A program made the translations under genes and the position numbers. Source: an uncultured Ruficoccus sp. (GTDB lineage Bacteria > Verrucomicrobiota > Verrucomicrobiia > Opitutales > Cerasicoccaceae). Taken from it: DNA of 64,000 nucleotides. Below are positions 52,913-61,659 of this stretch, piece by piece; within the stretch, counting starts at the first letter, position 1; every line of letters begins with the position of its first letter. The notes beneath the pieces are model-generated. The model had not been told where the DNA came from. It saw only the letters and a program-made list of their open reading frames with translations, and searched no databases. The stretch is taken from positions 640,001 to 704,000 of the forward strand of contig OZ223481.1 in NCBI GenBank assembly GCA_965140785.1, in the 5' to 3' direction.

Positions 52913-54133
52913 TTACTGCTGCGTCAGGCGCAACTGGTAAAAGATCGCCTGGCCCGGAGCGGGGGCGTCGGTTTCGCTCCAGCGATACAGCGTGTGTGCA
53001 TCGCTGCTGCCGAGGGTTTCCACGCCTGCGCTCCAGGCAGAGGAGCCGGTCTTGGTCGCGACTTCGGACCAGGTTCCGGCGGTCAAATCATACGTGCGCC
53101 AAATGGCGTAGGTAACGTCCGGGCGGGCGGGTTCGGGCAGTTCGAGCTGGAAGCCGGGGACGCCGCCATCGCTTACGGCGCTGGGCAGGCCACTGCCGGT
53201 TGAGCCGTCGTCGATGCCGAGCGCGTAGCGGACGCCGTTGGGCAGGGCGGCGGGCGTGGTGCTTTCGGCGAATCCGATGCCGGTGAGGCCGTCGGCCCAG
53301 AGCCAGTTGTCATACTTTTCCACGACAACGGTCGTCATGCGAAAGGTGACGGCGTAGTCACCCGGCTGGGTGAAAGCCCAGTTGCAGTGATGGTGCCAGC
53401 CGGCGGCGAGGTAGATGCAGTCGTCCGCGTCGATGCCATCGGAGGTGGCCATGTAAACACTCGGGGGAGCGCCGGCGTTGCCAAAGTTGAAGAGCGTGAA
53501 CTCGCCGCCCGTGGGGCCGGTCACCTTTACCAGTTCGAGGCGAACGAATTTATCGGTACTGCCCGCGCCGATGGCGGGGGCTCCGGGGTTCCAGGGGACC
53601 AGTTGCGGGTCTTCCTCGGAATCATCGGCAACACGGAGGCCGGGATAAATCCAGGTTTGGCCCGGAACTACGTCTTGTTGGACAATCCAGAACTTTTGCC
53701 CGACTTCGGCTCCGATGAAGCCGAAGCCGGCATCGATGCTCGCCTGCCCCATGATCTGCCCGCAAGCCTCGTTGAAGTACAGGTAGGCTTCGTCCGGGGT
53801 GTAGTACAGGTCGTCTGCCGGGTTGTCCGGCTCTGAGAGGTTGGCCACGGCGATGAACGGGTTGCCCGCGCCGCCGACGTAGGAAATATTCAGGTCCACA
53901 TGCAGGCCGTCCAGCTTTTCCCGCCCGGCCTGCTCGGTCGTAACGCCGAAGTAAAAGGTATGCTCGGAACTGGTTACGGTCAGGCCTTGGGCTTGCGCGT
54001 ATCCAAAGCTGGATACAATCATGCCGATTGTGAGCGCCAACCGTCCGATCATTCCGCGCAGGTGCGAAAACCGGGAGCGGCGAGGGCCGGTGACGCGATG
54101 GGGAGAGCGGTGGATGTCGGTGGACGTGTTCAT
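52913..54133 (-). CDS. secreted protein with TIGR03769/choice-of-anchor-M-like domain and Verrucomicrobia-type C-terminal domain
   Basis: LHVDL, GFIGAEVGQKFWIVQQ, LVKVTGP.GGEF.L, WHHHCNWAFTQPGDYAVTF; C-terminus TYAIWRTYDL..GTW...IFYQLRL; true start may be about 54052. Confidence 0.75.
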   Translation of the reverse strand: MNTSTDIHRSPHRVTGPRRSRFSHLRGMIGRLALTIGMIVSSFGYAQAQGLTVTSSEHTFYFGVTTEQAGREKLDGLHVDLNISYVGGAGNPFIAVANLSEPDNPADDLYYTPDEAYLYFNEACGQIMGQASIDAGFGFIGAEVGQKFWIVQQDVVPGQTWIYPGLRVADDSEEDPQLVPWNPGAPAIGAGSTDKFVRLELVKVTGPTGGEFTLFNFGNAGAPPSVYMATSDGIDADDCIYLAAGWHHHCNWAFTQPGDYAVTFRMTTVVVEKYDNWLWADGLTGIGFAESTTPAALPNGVRYALGIDDGSTGSGLPSAVSDGGVPGFQLELPEPARPDVTYAIWRTYDLTAGTWSEVATKTGSSAWSAGVETLGSSDAHTLYRWSETDAPAPGQAIFYQLRLTQQ

Positions 54134-54834
54134 CGTTGCGGGGGCTGGGCTGGGTTGACGCCGCGGGCGAAAATTTCTTTAAGTTTACTGGCGAGCATAT
54201 AGTCCACGTGACCGTCGGCGTAGAGGTAGTTGGCCCCGCCGCGGTGGCGGTCGGGCTGGATGTCCAGCCGCGCGTAGGCGTAGCCGTTAGCCCCGGTCCA
54301 GGTGCGCGAGTGGGTGTGGTCGGAGTTGACAGTGACTGGGCGGTTGTCGGCACCGGTGAAGACCGTGATTGTGCGGGCGGGATTGGGCAGCTGCATGAGA
54401 TTGGTATAGTCCTCGTTGACTTCAAACTGGCCGGTGGCGAAGTTGAAGCTCTTGCTGGTCACGGCCACGTACTCGTTCATGACGTAGCTGGAGGAGCCTT
54501 TTTCGAGGCGCTCGTCAGCCTTCGGGTCGCCGGGGCAGATGCGGATCGCATCCACGTTGCCGGTGTAGGGGGCGAGGGTTTGAATCCACGACTTGCTGGC
54601 GGCGGTGTCATGGGTGGTCTTCGGGAACTGACCGCGATTGGCTTGGCAAAACAGCGTGATACCGGTGCCGATTTGGCGCAGGTTGGAGGCGCACTGGGTC
54701 TGACGGGCCATGTCCCGGGAGGAGGACAGTCCGGCATGAACGAGGCAGGCCAGCACCGCCAAAATGGCAATGCCGGCCAGCAATTCGACCAGGCTGAAGG
54801 CGCCTGGTCGGTTTTTACTCAAGCCACTGTGCAT
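54130..54834 (-). CDS. prepilin-type N-terminal cleavage/methylation protein with H-X9-DG domain
   Basis: AFSLVELLAGIAILAVLA, QCASNLRQIG, RHRGGANYLYADGHV. Confidence 0.92.
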   Translation of the reverse strand: MHSGLSKNRPGAFSLVELLAGIAILAVLACLVHAGLSSSRDMARQTQCASNLRQIGTGITLFCQANRGQFPKTTHDTAASKSWIQTLAPYTGNVDAIRICPGDPKADERLEKGSSSYVMNEYVAVTSKSFNFATGQFEVNEDYTNLMQLPNPARTITVFTGADNRPVTVNSDHTHSRTWTGANGYAYARLDIQPDRHRGGANYLYADGHVDYMLASKLKEIFARGVNPAQPPQR

Positions 54835-54838
54835 CGGT

Positions 54839-55610
54839 TCAGGTCAACGATCGATTTACGGGGCGTGAGCCGCGAGCGCCGAAGCGACGGCGCAGCAGGA
54901 CCACCCCGAGGCAGGCGGCCCCGGCCATGGCGGCATAGGTGGACGGTTCGGGCACGACATTAAAGGTGTAGGTGGCGGTATCGCTTTGCAGGATGCCCTC
55001 GATGGTGCCGGTCACCGTGAACTCCAGCTCATAGACGCCCGCCTCGGTGAAGCCCCAGTTGACGTGCTGGTGACCGGAAATGCCGAGGTCCAGCGTGATG
55101 GCGTCGGCGGCGCTGATGCCGTCGGCGGTGCTCATGAAAAAGGTCGGCGTGAAGCCGCCCACCCAAACCGAGAATTCGCCTGAGGCGGGCATGTTTGCCC
55201 CTACCAGGGTGAGCGTGAGGGTATTGTCGTCGAAAGTTCCGAGCGTGATTTCCTCGCCGCCGACTCCGAGGTACGGCGCGTTCAGGTCCGCCGCGCCGCC
55301 TGCCCCGAGGTTGCTATCGGGCAGGTACCAGTAGTTTCTCACCCGCGCTGACACCGAGCGGGTCCCAGGCGCTGCCGCTGGGGCGGCCGCCGTTGCTATT
55401 GACAAAGGCGTAGCTGCTTTGCGGCACGACGATGACGGCCTCGTCGGGCGCGTATTCGGTTTCGGTGGATTCGTCGTGGACGTGCAGCTCCAGTTCGGTG
55501 CCTTCGCCCAGGCCGAGATCCATGTGCCCGGAGGTGAGGTTGACCGCTCCCTGAGAGATGCTGACAGAAATAAGGGCGCCCAGCCCGATCAGTAAGGTAG
55601 ATGACTTCAT
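54839..55610 (-). CDS. PEP-CTERM protein with TIGR03769-like domain; +1 frameshift at about 55336
   Basis: signal peptide, GHMDLGL, LHVHDE, YWYLP, GHQHVNWGFTEAGVYELEF, VPEPSTYAAMAGAACLGVVLLRRR; GAGAAACTAC restores to GAG AAC TAC. Confidence 0.85.
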
Positions 55611-55620
55611 GGGGGGCAAA

Positions 55621-55674
55621 AATGCAACAACCTTGCATTAGCCGTCAAGGCTTTTAATGCAACTATATTGCAAC
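55621..55674. promoter_or_regulatory. two tandem palindromic operator-like boxes (Fur/Zur/Mur-family-like)
   Basis: AATGCAA-CAACC-TTGCATT (55621-55639) and AATGCAA-CTATA-TTGCAAC (55656-55674), just upstream of the ATG at 55610. Confidence 0.6.
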
Positions 55675-55731
55675 AAACAAATCTTCCGCCCGTTATCCCG
55701 ATTTCAACCAGCAATCATAAAATACCCATTT

Positions 55732-55808
55732 CCCGCGAAGTCACGCGAAGGAACACGAAGTGAGTCACTCCCTCATCGACTTTGCGTATCTTCGCGTGAC
55801 TTCGCGGG
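55732..55808. repeat. 19-bp perfect inverted repeat (CGCGAA-type)
   Basis: CCCGCGAAGTCACGCGAAG ... CTTCGCGTGACTTCGCGGG. Confidence 0.75.
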
Positions 55809-55984
55809 CCATCTCTTTATCGATATACTTGAAAACGGTATTATCCAGCCCGCTACGCTCCCAGCCGCCTGGCGAACCTTCAACACATTTCCCCACTGAG
55901 TGCGACAGATTAAAGCGAAAGTGCTCTAGTTTTTATTTTACTAAAAAATCTGGTGTATCCATCCATGAATACACAATCAGCCAA

Positions 55985-56068
55985 CCAATGACCAATGACC
56001 AATGACCAATGACCAATGACCAATGACCAATGACCAATGACCAATGACCAATGACCAATGACCAATGA
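55985..56068. repeat. perfect heptamer tandem repeat (CCAATGA)12
   Basis: 12 exact copies counted, immediately downstream of the TPR gene stop. Confidence 0.97.
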
Positions 56069-56071
56069 CGC

Positions 56072-57097
56072 TTAAGGCTGGGCGCGCGCGGAGGCGGATC
56101 CGAGCTCGGCTTCGACTTCGGCCCGTGCCTCCTGAAGGGAGGGGCGTTCAACAGTGGCGAGTACTTGGCGGGCCTCGTCGGTGCGGCCCATTTTTATGAG
56201 CACCCGTGCTTCTTGCAGGTGGATGAGGTCGAGCTTGAGCGGATCGGTGACGCCCTTGCCGAGGATGCGCCACTGGTTGAGGGCGTCCTGCCAGTCGGGG
56301 TCTTCCACCTCGAAGAAAGCCTCGGCGTAGCGGATGTGGTAGTCGCGATTGGCCGGGGCGAGCTGAGAGGCGCTGTGAAAGGCGTCGAGCATGTTGCGAT
56401 CGAGCGTCTCGGGCTCGAAGATACCTTTGTCGATGTAAAACTTACGGTAGCGCGAGAGCAGTTCGCCCAGTTCGTAGCGGTAGAGGGGCTCTTCGGGTTC
56501 GAGGTCGATGGCGGCGAGGTAGTAGGGCAGGGCGAGGGCGTACTCCCCCTCCTCGGCGAGGTAGTTGCCGATCTGTTGCTTGGCCACGGCGAGGTTAGGG
56601 TCGAGCATATTGGCCTTCATGAAGGCCTTGTTGGCCGCTTTAGTCTCACCGATGCTGCGCAGGAATTTCCCGTAGAGCAGGTAGCCGTAGACGTACTCGG
56701 GATTGTCGAGGAGGAAGGAGTCGTACTCGGTTGCGATGACCTGGAGGCGACGTTCGTACTCGGCCTCGCTGCGGTGGGCGGAGTTCGCCGCCATTTCTTC
56801 AAAGAGCGCGTCCTGGCTTTCGAGGATGTCGATGAGGCGGGCGTCGGAGAGGGTTTCGCGATAGGGCTCATGCTCGCCCTCGGTACTGGCGGCGTCGGTG
56901 GTGGTGGCGGCTCCCTGGGCGGTCGGGGTGTCGTCCGTTTTTTCTTCTTCGCTGGGGCCGAAGAGCCCGTCGTAAATGTCGTCAAAAAAATCTGCGCGGG
57001 CCGCTGTGCCGGTGCCCAGCCACAGAGTCAGCGCCAGTATCAGGAGTTGGCAGCCGGTGAAAAAACGGGCCGGGTGGTGACGCGTGTTGCAGTGCAT
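56072..57097 (-). CDS. exported tetratricopeptide-repeat protein
   Basis: signal peptide; TPR-like helices (A...YLAAIDLEPEEP.YRYELG). Confidence 0.8.
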   Translation of the reverse strand: MHCNTRHHPARFFTGCQLLILALTLWLGTGTAARADFFDDIYDGLFGPSEEEKTDDTPTAQGAATTTDAASTEGEHEPYRETLSDARLIDILESQDALFEEMAANSAHRSEAEYERRLQVIATEYDSFLLDNPEYVYGYLLYGKFLRSIGETKAANKAFMKANMLDPNLAVAKQQIGNYLAEEGEYALALPYYLAAIDLEPEEPLYRYELGELLSRYRKFYIDKGIFEPETLDRNMLDAFHSASQLAPANRDYHIRYAEAFFEVEDPDWQDALNQWRILGKGVTDPLKLDLIHLQEARVLIKMGRTDEARQVLATVERPSLQEARAEVEAELGSASARAQP

Positions 57098-57281
57098 GGA
57101 AAAAGCGGATTGTGGATTCAGGCTGGTAATCGAGACCCCGCATTGTACCGGCGGCAAGCGTAAACGCCCCGGCGGGTGGTGGTGGGGGAGGTCCGGATTG
57201 TTCGGCCAGGATGGATAAAACAGGGTCGTGCGGCGGTTTGTTCCCTGGATTGCGACGCACGGGTTACGAGGGCCTGTTGCG

Positions 57282-58580
57282 TTACTCTGATGGGGGTGAG
57301 GCTGGCGGTCTTTTCGGAATACCCGCCTCCCAGGGGTCGAAACTGAGCCGGGGAAGCCCGCCCGTGACGCACAGGCGCAGGTGGCGGTGGCGGGCCAGGT
57401 AGTGCAGGCCTACGAGCACGGCGGCGATGCCCGAGGCGGCGCCGATCATGAGCGCCCAGCGCGGGCCGAAGCGGTCGGCCACCCAGCCGACGATCGGTCC
57501 GCCGATGGGCGCGCCGCCCATGAAGATCGCCATGAGGATGGCGACCACGCGTCCGCGCATGGCCGGCTCGGTCGAGAGCTGGACGGTGCTGTTGACCGTG
57601 GTGGTAAAGGTCTGCGCGCACAGCCCGACGAGGATGAGCATGGCGCCGAAAAACCAGAAGGTCGGCAGCAGCGCGGCCAGTACGAAGGCCCCGCTGAACA
57701 CGCTCGCCGCCACCAGCACGAGGCTGATCCGTGGGCGTTCGCGGCTGGCGGAGAGGAGCGCGCCGATAACGGCGCCGACCGCGGCCAGCGAACTGAGCAG
57801 CCCGTACTGGTCGGCCCCGGCGTGAAAGACCGACACGGTCATGGTCGAGACGTAGATGGGGAATTTCAGGCCGAAGGTGCCGATCAGGAACAGCATCAAA
57901 AGCAGGGCCTTGAGGTCGGGCCGGTCCCAGACGTAGCGGAAGCCGGCCAGCAGGCTTCCGCGGTTGCGCAGGGCGCGGTCCACCGGGGTCAGCTCCTCTT
58001 GCCGCAGCAGGCACAGCGAGGCGAGCACGGTGATATAGGAGGCGGCGTTGATGAGAAAAACCCAGCCGCTGCCGATGGCTGCGATGAGCAGCCCGGCCAC
58101 GGCTGGGCCGACAGTGCGCCCGATGTTGAACGAGGTTGAGTTGAGCGCGACGGCATTGGAGAGATTGCCTTCGCCCACCAGGTCGGCGACGAAGGTCTGC
58201 CGCGCCGGGGCGTCAAAGGCCGCCGCGCAGCCCAGCAGGAACGCGAAAAGATAAACCTGCCACAGCTGGACCCAGCCGCCGACGGTGAGGATGCCCAGCC
58301 CGAGGGCGAGCAGCCCCATGGCGGCCTGGGTGGCCAGCAGGATCTTGCGCCGGTCGCAATGGTCGGCGGCAAATCCGGTGATCGGCAGCAGCAGGACGGG
58401 CGGGCCGAACTGCAGGCCGATTACGATCCCGATGGCGGTGGCGTTCTTGTCGGTGAGCTGGGTGAGGACGATCCAGTCCTGCGCCGTGCGCTGCATCCAG
58501 GTGCCGACATTGGAGACGATCGCCCCTCCCGCCCAGACGCGGTAGTTGTAGTGGCGCAGTGAGCGAAACGTTCCCCTCAT
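57282..58580 (-). CDS. MFS transporter (EntS/DHA3-like)
   Basis: FRSLRHYNYR, SNVGTWMQRTAQDW, ADHCDRRK, PARQTFV, NAVALNSTSFN. Confidence 0.9.
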   Translation of the reverse strand: MRGTFRSLRHYNYRVWAGGAIVSNVGTWMQRTAQDWIVLTQLTDKNATAIGIVIGLQFGPPVLLLPITGFAADHCDRRKILLATQAAMGLLALGLGILTVGGWVQLWQVYLFAFLLGCAAAFDAPARQTFVADLVGEGNLSNAVALNSTSFNIGRTVGPAVAGLLIAAIGSGWVFLINAASYITVLASLCLLRQEELTPVDRALRNRGSLLAGFRYVWDRPDLKALLLMLFLIGTFGLKFPIYVSTMTVSVFHAGADQYGLLSSLAAVGAVIGALLSASRERPRISLVLVAASVFSGAFVLAALLPTFWFFGAMLILVGLCAQTFTTTVNSTVQLSTEPAMRGRVVAILMAIFMGGAPIGGPIVGWVADRFGPRWALMIGAASGIAAVLVGLHYLARHRHLRLCVTGGLPRLSFDPWEAGIPKRPPASPPSE

Positions 58581-58599
58581 ACAGATCCTTGGTCGGCGA

Positions 58600-59322
58600 C
58601 TAAAAGAGCTCGCCGAAGAGCGAACCCTGCTGCGGCTTTGTCGGGGGCGGGGCGGTCTCCGCAATCAGCTCGGGGCCGTCGTTGCGGGCGCTGTTGACAG
58701 TTTCCGAGACCGGATGGCGCACGAGGGCGTCCTCCGGTGGGGGCTTGAGCAGGTCGGCCACGTCGGAGGCGCGTTCGCGGCTGGTGTCGAGCCAGCGCTC
58801 GTAATCCGCCGGGGCGATGAGGACGGGCATGCGGTGGTGCAGGGGCTGCATCCAGTCGTTGGCGGCGGTGGTGAGGATAGAGCACGACTCGATCTCCGAG
58901 CCGTCGGGGCTGCCCCAGTGCTCCCAGAGCCCGGCCAGGGCGAGCAGGCCGCCGTCCGCCGGGCGCACGTAGTAGGGCTGCTTGCGCCCGCTGCCGAGGT
59001 CTTTCCACTCGTAGAAGCCGTCGGCGGGGATGAGGCAGCGCTTGTGGCGCATGGGCCCGCGAAAGGCCGGCTTGCCGGCGGCGGTTTCGGAGCGGGCGTT
59101 GATGAGCTGAAAGGCGATGCCGGGGTCCTTGGCCCAGAAGGGGACGAGCCCCCAGGTCAGTACGGCGCATTCGCGGCCCCCGCGGTTGCGGTCCTCACGG
59201 ATGGCGGCGACCGGCTGGCCGGGGGCGATATTGTAACGGGCCTTGAACTGAGGCGCGTTGCGCAGGACGAACTGCCGGATCAGTTGCTGCATTTTGGCCG
59301 TTAAGACGAAGCGTCCGCACAT
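58600..59322 (-). CDS. SRAP/YedK/HMCES abasic-site processing protein
   Basis: MCGRF N-terminus, RYNIAP, WGLVP, INARSET, RCLIPADGFYEW, HHRMPV. Confidence 0.95.
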   Translation of the reverse strand: MCGRFVLTAKMQQLIRQFVLRNAPQFKARYNIAPGQPVAAIREDRNRGGRECAVLTWGLVPFWAKDPGIAFQLINARSETAAGKPAFRGPMRHKRCLIPADGFYEWKDLGSGRKQPYYVRPADGGLLALAGLWEHWGSPDGSEIESCSILTTAANDWMQPLHHRMPVLIAPADYERWLDTSRERASDVADLLKPPPEDALVRHPVSETVNSARNDGPELIAETAPPPTKPQQGSLFGELF

Positions 59323-59403
59323 CCCGTGATTTTCGCAGCCTGGCCGGGCGGGGCAATGGAAAACCTTTGCCACCGGCGCGGGAATGTCCCAAATGCAGAG
59401 GGC

Positions 59404-60567
59404 ATGTTTGACTTTGACCAGGTAATCGACCGGACGGACACAGGCAGCCTCAAGTGGGGCAAGTACGCCGGTAAGGACGTGCTGCCGCTGTGGGTGGCGG
59501 ACATGGACTTTGTCTCGCCTCCGCCGGTGCTGGAGGCGCTGGAGGCGCGCACGCGGCACGGGATTTTCGGCTACACGCTGGCTCCGCCCTCGACCCAGGA
59601 CGCGGTGCTGGCCTATCTCAAGCGCGTTCACGGTTACGAGGCCAAGCGCGAATGGCTGGTCTGGCTGCCGGGGCTGGTCCCGGCGCTTAACGTCGTGGCG
59701 TGTGCCTTCGGCGAACCCGGCGACTCGATTCTGACCTGCACGCCGGTGTACCCGCCGTTTCTGTCGGCCCCCGGCTGGCAGGGGAAGGACCTGATCACCA
59801 GCCATCTCAAGCTGGAGGACGGGGCGTGGACGTTCGACTTCGACGATCTGGAGGCCAAGGTCACGGCCCGCACGCGGAGCTTCATCTTGTGCAACCCGCA
59901 TAATCCGGTGGGGCGCGTTTACCGCCCCGAGGAGCTGGAGCGCCTGGTCGCCTTCTGCGAAAAGCACGACCTGGTGCTGTGTTCGGACGAAATCCACTGC
60001 GACCTGCTCTTTGACGGAGCCAGGCACACGGTGACCGCGTCGCTCTCGCCCGAGGCCGAGAAGCGCACCATCACCCTGATGGCCCCGAGCAAGACCTATA
60101 ACCTGCCGGGCCTGTGCTGCTCGTTCGCCATCATCGCGGATCCGAAGCTGCGGCTGCGTTTCCAGCAAGCGGCGCGGGGGCTGATCACCGAGGTCAACTG
60201 CCTGGGCTACGCCGGTTGCGAGGCCGCCTATAATGAAGGCGAGCTGTGGCGGCTCGAGCTGATGGAGTACCTGATGTCCAACCGGGACTTTCTCTATAAC
60301 TTTATCAACGAGCGTCTGCCGGAGATCACGCTGCGCCCGATGGAGGCGACCTACCTGGCCTGGCTCAACATCGAGGGCGTGCGCGCGCTCGGCTGCGAGA
60401 ACCCGCATAAGCTCTTCGAGGAGCACGGGGTGGGGCTTTCGCCGGGGGCGGACTTTTATGACGCCGACTATGTGCGGCTCAACTTCGGCTGCACCCGCGC
60501 CATGCTGGAGCAGGCGCTGCTGCGGATGGAGAAGGCCGTGGCCAGCCTGCGTAAATCCACTGACTGA
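59404..60567 (+). CDS. PatB/MalY-family PLP C-S lyase
   Basis: LPLWVADMDF, HGIFGY, LCNPHNPVGRV, SDEIHCDL, APSKTYNLPG, RLNFGC. Confidence 0.93.
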   Translation: MFDFDQVIDRTDTGSLKWGKYAGKDVLPLWVADMDFVSPPPVLEALEARTRHGIFGYTLAPPSTQDAVLAYLKRVHGYEAKREWLVWLPGLVPALNVVACAFGEPGDSILTCTPVYPPFLSAPGWQGKDLITSHLKLEDGAWTFDFDDLEAKVTARTRSFILCNPHNPVGRVYRPEELERLVAFCEKHDLVLCSDEIHCDLLFDGARHTVTASLSPEAEKRTITLMAPSKTYNLPGLCCSFAIIADPKLRLRFQQAARGLITEVNCLGYAGCEAAYNEGELWRLELMEYLMSNRDFLYNFINERLPEITLRPMEATYLAWLNIEGVRALGCENPHKLFEEHGVGLSPGADFYDADYVRLNFGCTRAMLEQALLRMEKAVASLRKSTD

Positions 60568-60604
60568 ACCGGGGTCCTTCGATGGGGCCGCCCGCGGTTA
60601 AGAT

Positions 60605-61603
60605 TTACTGGAGCCAGCGGGTCCAGTTGGTCTGGAATTCCTCAAGGTTGCCCCGGGTGATAACGACGGGTGGGACGGTGTAGATGGACTTCTCCGGGTC
60701 CTTCTTATTATTGATCTTGTCGATCAGGAGGTTGAGCCCGAGCTTGCCCATGGCGAAGTAGTCCGTGGCGAGGACAGCCTGGACCTGGCCGCTGGCGATA
60801 AAGGGGATGACGTGCGGGTCGGCGTCCATGGCGACGCAGACTTTGGCCTGGGGCTTCCAGGGCAGGGGGCGGCCGCCGAGCAGGGGCCAGTTGCCGAGGA
60901 TGAGCCAGCCGCGCAGGTTCCGTCCGTAGTCGGCGTCGGTGACTTCCTGGATTTTGGGGAAGCTGCTACCGAAGGTCTCCTGCGTATAGTAGGGGCCGTC
61001 GATCTCGATGTCCGTGACCTCCGCCAGAGCGGCTTTGGCTCCGGCCAGCCGGAGCCGGGCCACCGGGTCGTCGGCACTGCCGGCCATGACGGCGATATTG
61101 TCGCGCACGAAGCGGAGGTTCTTGATAAAGGTTTCGGCGGCCAGACGGCCTGCGGCCTCCTCGTCGGTCATGATGCTGGCCAGACGTTTGGAGGCGATGT
61201 CGCTGCCGACGGTCACGACCGGAATGCCGTGTCTGGCCAGGAAATCGATCTCCTCGGCCACTTCGCTCGAGCTGTCCACATTGAGCAGGACCGCATGGTA
61301 GCCATCGACAAAGGCCTGGTGGATGGCCTGGCTGCGGCCCCGGGCGGAATTATCCACCGGAGAGAGATTGTCCACGGTGAGGGCGAGGTAGTACTCGTCT
61401 TCGAGCGCGGGGACAGCCTGGCGTGCGCCGGCTTCGATCGCCTTGGCGGCGGGGGATTCGCCGTGGTCGGTGATGACGGCGATCTTGTAGGTTTCCCACA
61501 CTTCGCGGGGCTTGGCCGCCAGCGTCAGTGGCAGCACGGCGAAGCCCAGCCACAGGAGCCGGGCCAGTGGTCGCAAGCGTGGGTAAAGTCGGGACGGGGT
61601 CAT
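60605..61603 (-). CDS. periplasmic sugar-binding-protein-like (type I PBP fold)
   Basis: signal peptide, GIPVVTVGSD, TDEEAAGRLAA, RLAGAK; no ABC permease adjacent. Confidence 0.75.
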   Translation of the reverse strand: MTPSRLYPRLRPLARLLWLGFAVLPLTLAAKPREVWETYKIAVITDHGESPAAKAIEAGARQAVPALEDEYYLALTVDNLSPVDNSARGRSQAIHQAFVDGYHAVLLNVDSSSEVAEEIDFLARHGIPVVTVGSDIASKRLASIMTDEEAAGRLAAETFIKNLRFVRDNIAVMAGSADDPVARLRLAGAKAALAEVTDIEIDGPYYTQETFGSSFPKIQEVTDADYGRNLRGWLILGNWPLLGGRPLPWKPQAKVCVAMDADPHVIPFIASGQVQAVLATDYFAMGKLGLNLLIDKINNKKDPEKSIYTVPPVVITRGNLEEFQTNWTRWLQ

Positions 61604-61659
61604 CTGGTCTTTGACACCCTGCACGGGAATGCTCAGGATGAACAGTACATTAACACATT

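Noticed and set aside
55985..56068. Tandem repeat as a CRISPR array, or ORF 55933-56151 (HWSLVIG repeats) as a protein
   Set aside because: No spacers and no cas genes; the peptide repeat is just the translated heptamer.
58600..60426. 608-aa SRAP fusion protein
   Set aside because: SRAP needs the N-terminal MCGRF (Cys2) at 59322; the upstream part is the antisense shadow of patB/malY.
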